DNA of 64,000 bases from Macrostomum lignano (Eukaryota). Positions 62,787-64,000 of the stretch are shown here, in pieces (positions within the stretch are counted from its first letter, which is position 1; every line of letters starts with the position of its first letter). The stretch is taken from positions 52,242-116,241 of the forward strand of contig NIVC01001140.1 of the NCBI GenBank assembly GCA_002269645.1, in the 5' to 3' direction. The notes beneath the pieces were generated by a model. It had not been told where the DNA came from, did not search any database, and saw only the letters and a program-made list of their open reading frames with translations. Both the position numbers and the translations under genes were made by a program.

Positions 62787-63876
62787 TCTCCGGAGTATTA
62801 TCTTAGAAAAAAAGAGCTATATAATTTTTTTCTGATTTTAGAAGCCCAGGATGTGAGCAGCCTAGCTTGCGCAACATTCTTCGATAAGTTCATCTATCTA
62901 GTACATAGTACATTCACATGTCCTGTGAGGGCTAAATTTAGGGTTGGTCAGACTTGTGCATCATTTTTCGTTTCTTAGTGATTTGATTGTCATATAAGCA
63001 GTGAAATAAAAAGTAAGATGAGCAAAGAGAAAATATGCGACAGCGTCATTTGGTTTCGGCTGCTGGAGCTCAAGAAATCTTAGAAATTAGTCATGCGACG
63101 AACACTAGTTTTTTTTTCTCGTAAGCTTCGAGATGCGAATTTCAGGGCAAAATATTTGGCTTTTTCTTTTCCATAGAGCATTTATTCTAAACGATGCTTC
63201 AGTACAGGCTATTCATTGTTACTGTGACCTGGTCATAACCTGGTCATACGAAAAACCTATCGCAGACGTACAGGTACAGATGCCACAGGTTCTGTGCCCA
63301 TCGCATCAGATAAATAGAGTCAAAAGACGAAATAATACAAAAAAGTTTTCAAATAGTAATTCTGAGTCTTGGTATTCAATAGTGTTTCTTGATGTCATGT
63401 TAATATTAGAGGCCTTTTTGAAAATGTATACAAAAGGTATATACTAAAGATGTGACCTACAAAGCTTAATTAATACAATACTTGTAGATTTATTAAATAA
63501 GATATATCTGCAGAGATTTCAAAACAGTACTATAAGCAAGGCGGAAATATAAATAAATATTTTAGATAAAAGAGCCGTGAACCAAATACGAAAAACACTC
63601 TGAAAAAAGATCTGCATTCAATGATAGGAATCTTTCCATGCCCGCTGTATAGAGAGGGCCCAAACAAAAAATTATAAAATTCTTTTAGCTACCTCAAACT
63701 GTAGGTGAACTGTTAATGGTATCCAATATACCTGTAAAAATATTTAAACATTTTTTCGTATCACTACGGTGCAGAAAAAGAAGCTTTTAAATCGGTTTTA
63801 GGCAATTAAAAAACCGCCACCACTATTCGCGCTATCAAATTCCTCATCATAGTGGCATTGGATAACTTGTTTGTCA

Positions 63877-64000
63877 TCAAGCTCTGTAACTGAAGATTAT
63901 CTTGTGGGCCGCCGGAGTCCTGATTGAGTTGCCCTTGAATATCTCTGGGTCCTCCGTGAGGTCCCACAGGGTGCGGCTGTCCTGGGGATCCAGGCTGAAG
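63877..64000 (-). CDS. Probable terminal exon of an unidentified gene entering from the right edge (...LDPQDSRTLWDLTEDPEIFKGNSIRTPAAHKIIFSYRA*)
   Basis: Open frame with GC3-rich codons like the host exons, ending in TGA at 63877-63879; too short to identify. Confidence 0.4.
   Translation of the reverse strand, partial: FSLDPQDSRTLWDLTEDPEIFKGNSIRTPAAHKIIFSYRA

Overview
This is eukaryotic, most likely animal, genomic DNA: GT-AG introns, GC3-rich exons and AT-rich spacers. The organism cannot be established from the sequence alone. The left 45 kb is a nested tandem amplification. A block carrying a Ty3/gypsy element (Gypsy-A), two MITEs and a 3-exon NRAMP/DMT1-like metal transporter gene occurs three times. 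There are two distinct junctions: 11078-11081 (AATT microhomology) and 25219/25220. The flanking genes are cut by the junctions: an unknown single-pass membrane protein on + and a PAQR3-like gene on -. NRAMP is therefore the only host gene kept intact in every copy. An intact 6-exon PAQR3-like gene (339 aa) lies at 41028-47888. The right part holds an internally deleted Merlin/IS1595-like transposon, a small hairpin MITE and a decayed third gypsy. It also holds a second Ty3/gypsy (Gypsy-B, 51683-59895, TSD CTCA) whose LTR has absorbed tandem 64-bp cassettes that each carry a tRNA-Leu primer-binding site. Several intronic minisatellites are present; one reiterates the NRAMP exon-1 splice donor ten times. 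No CRISPR, rRNA or genuine tRNA genes were seen. All comparisons were made by eye, and assembly artefact has not been excluded for the repeats.
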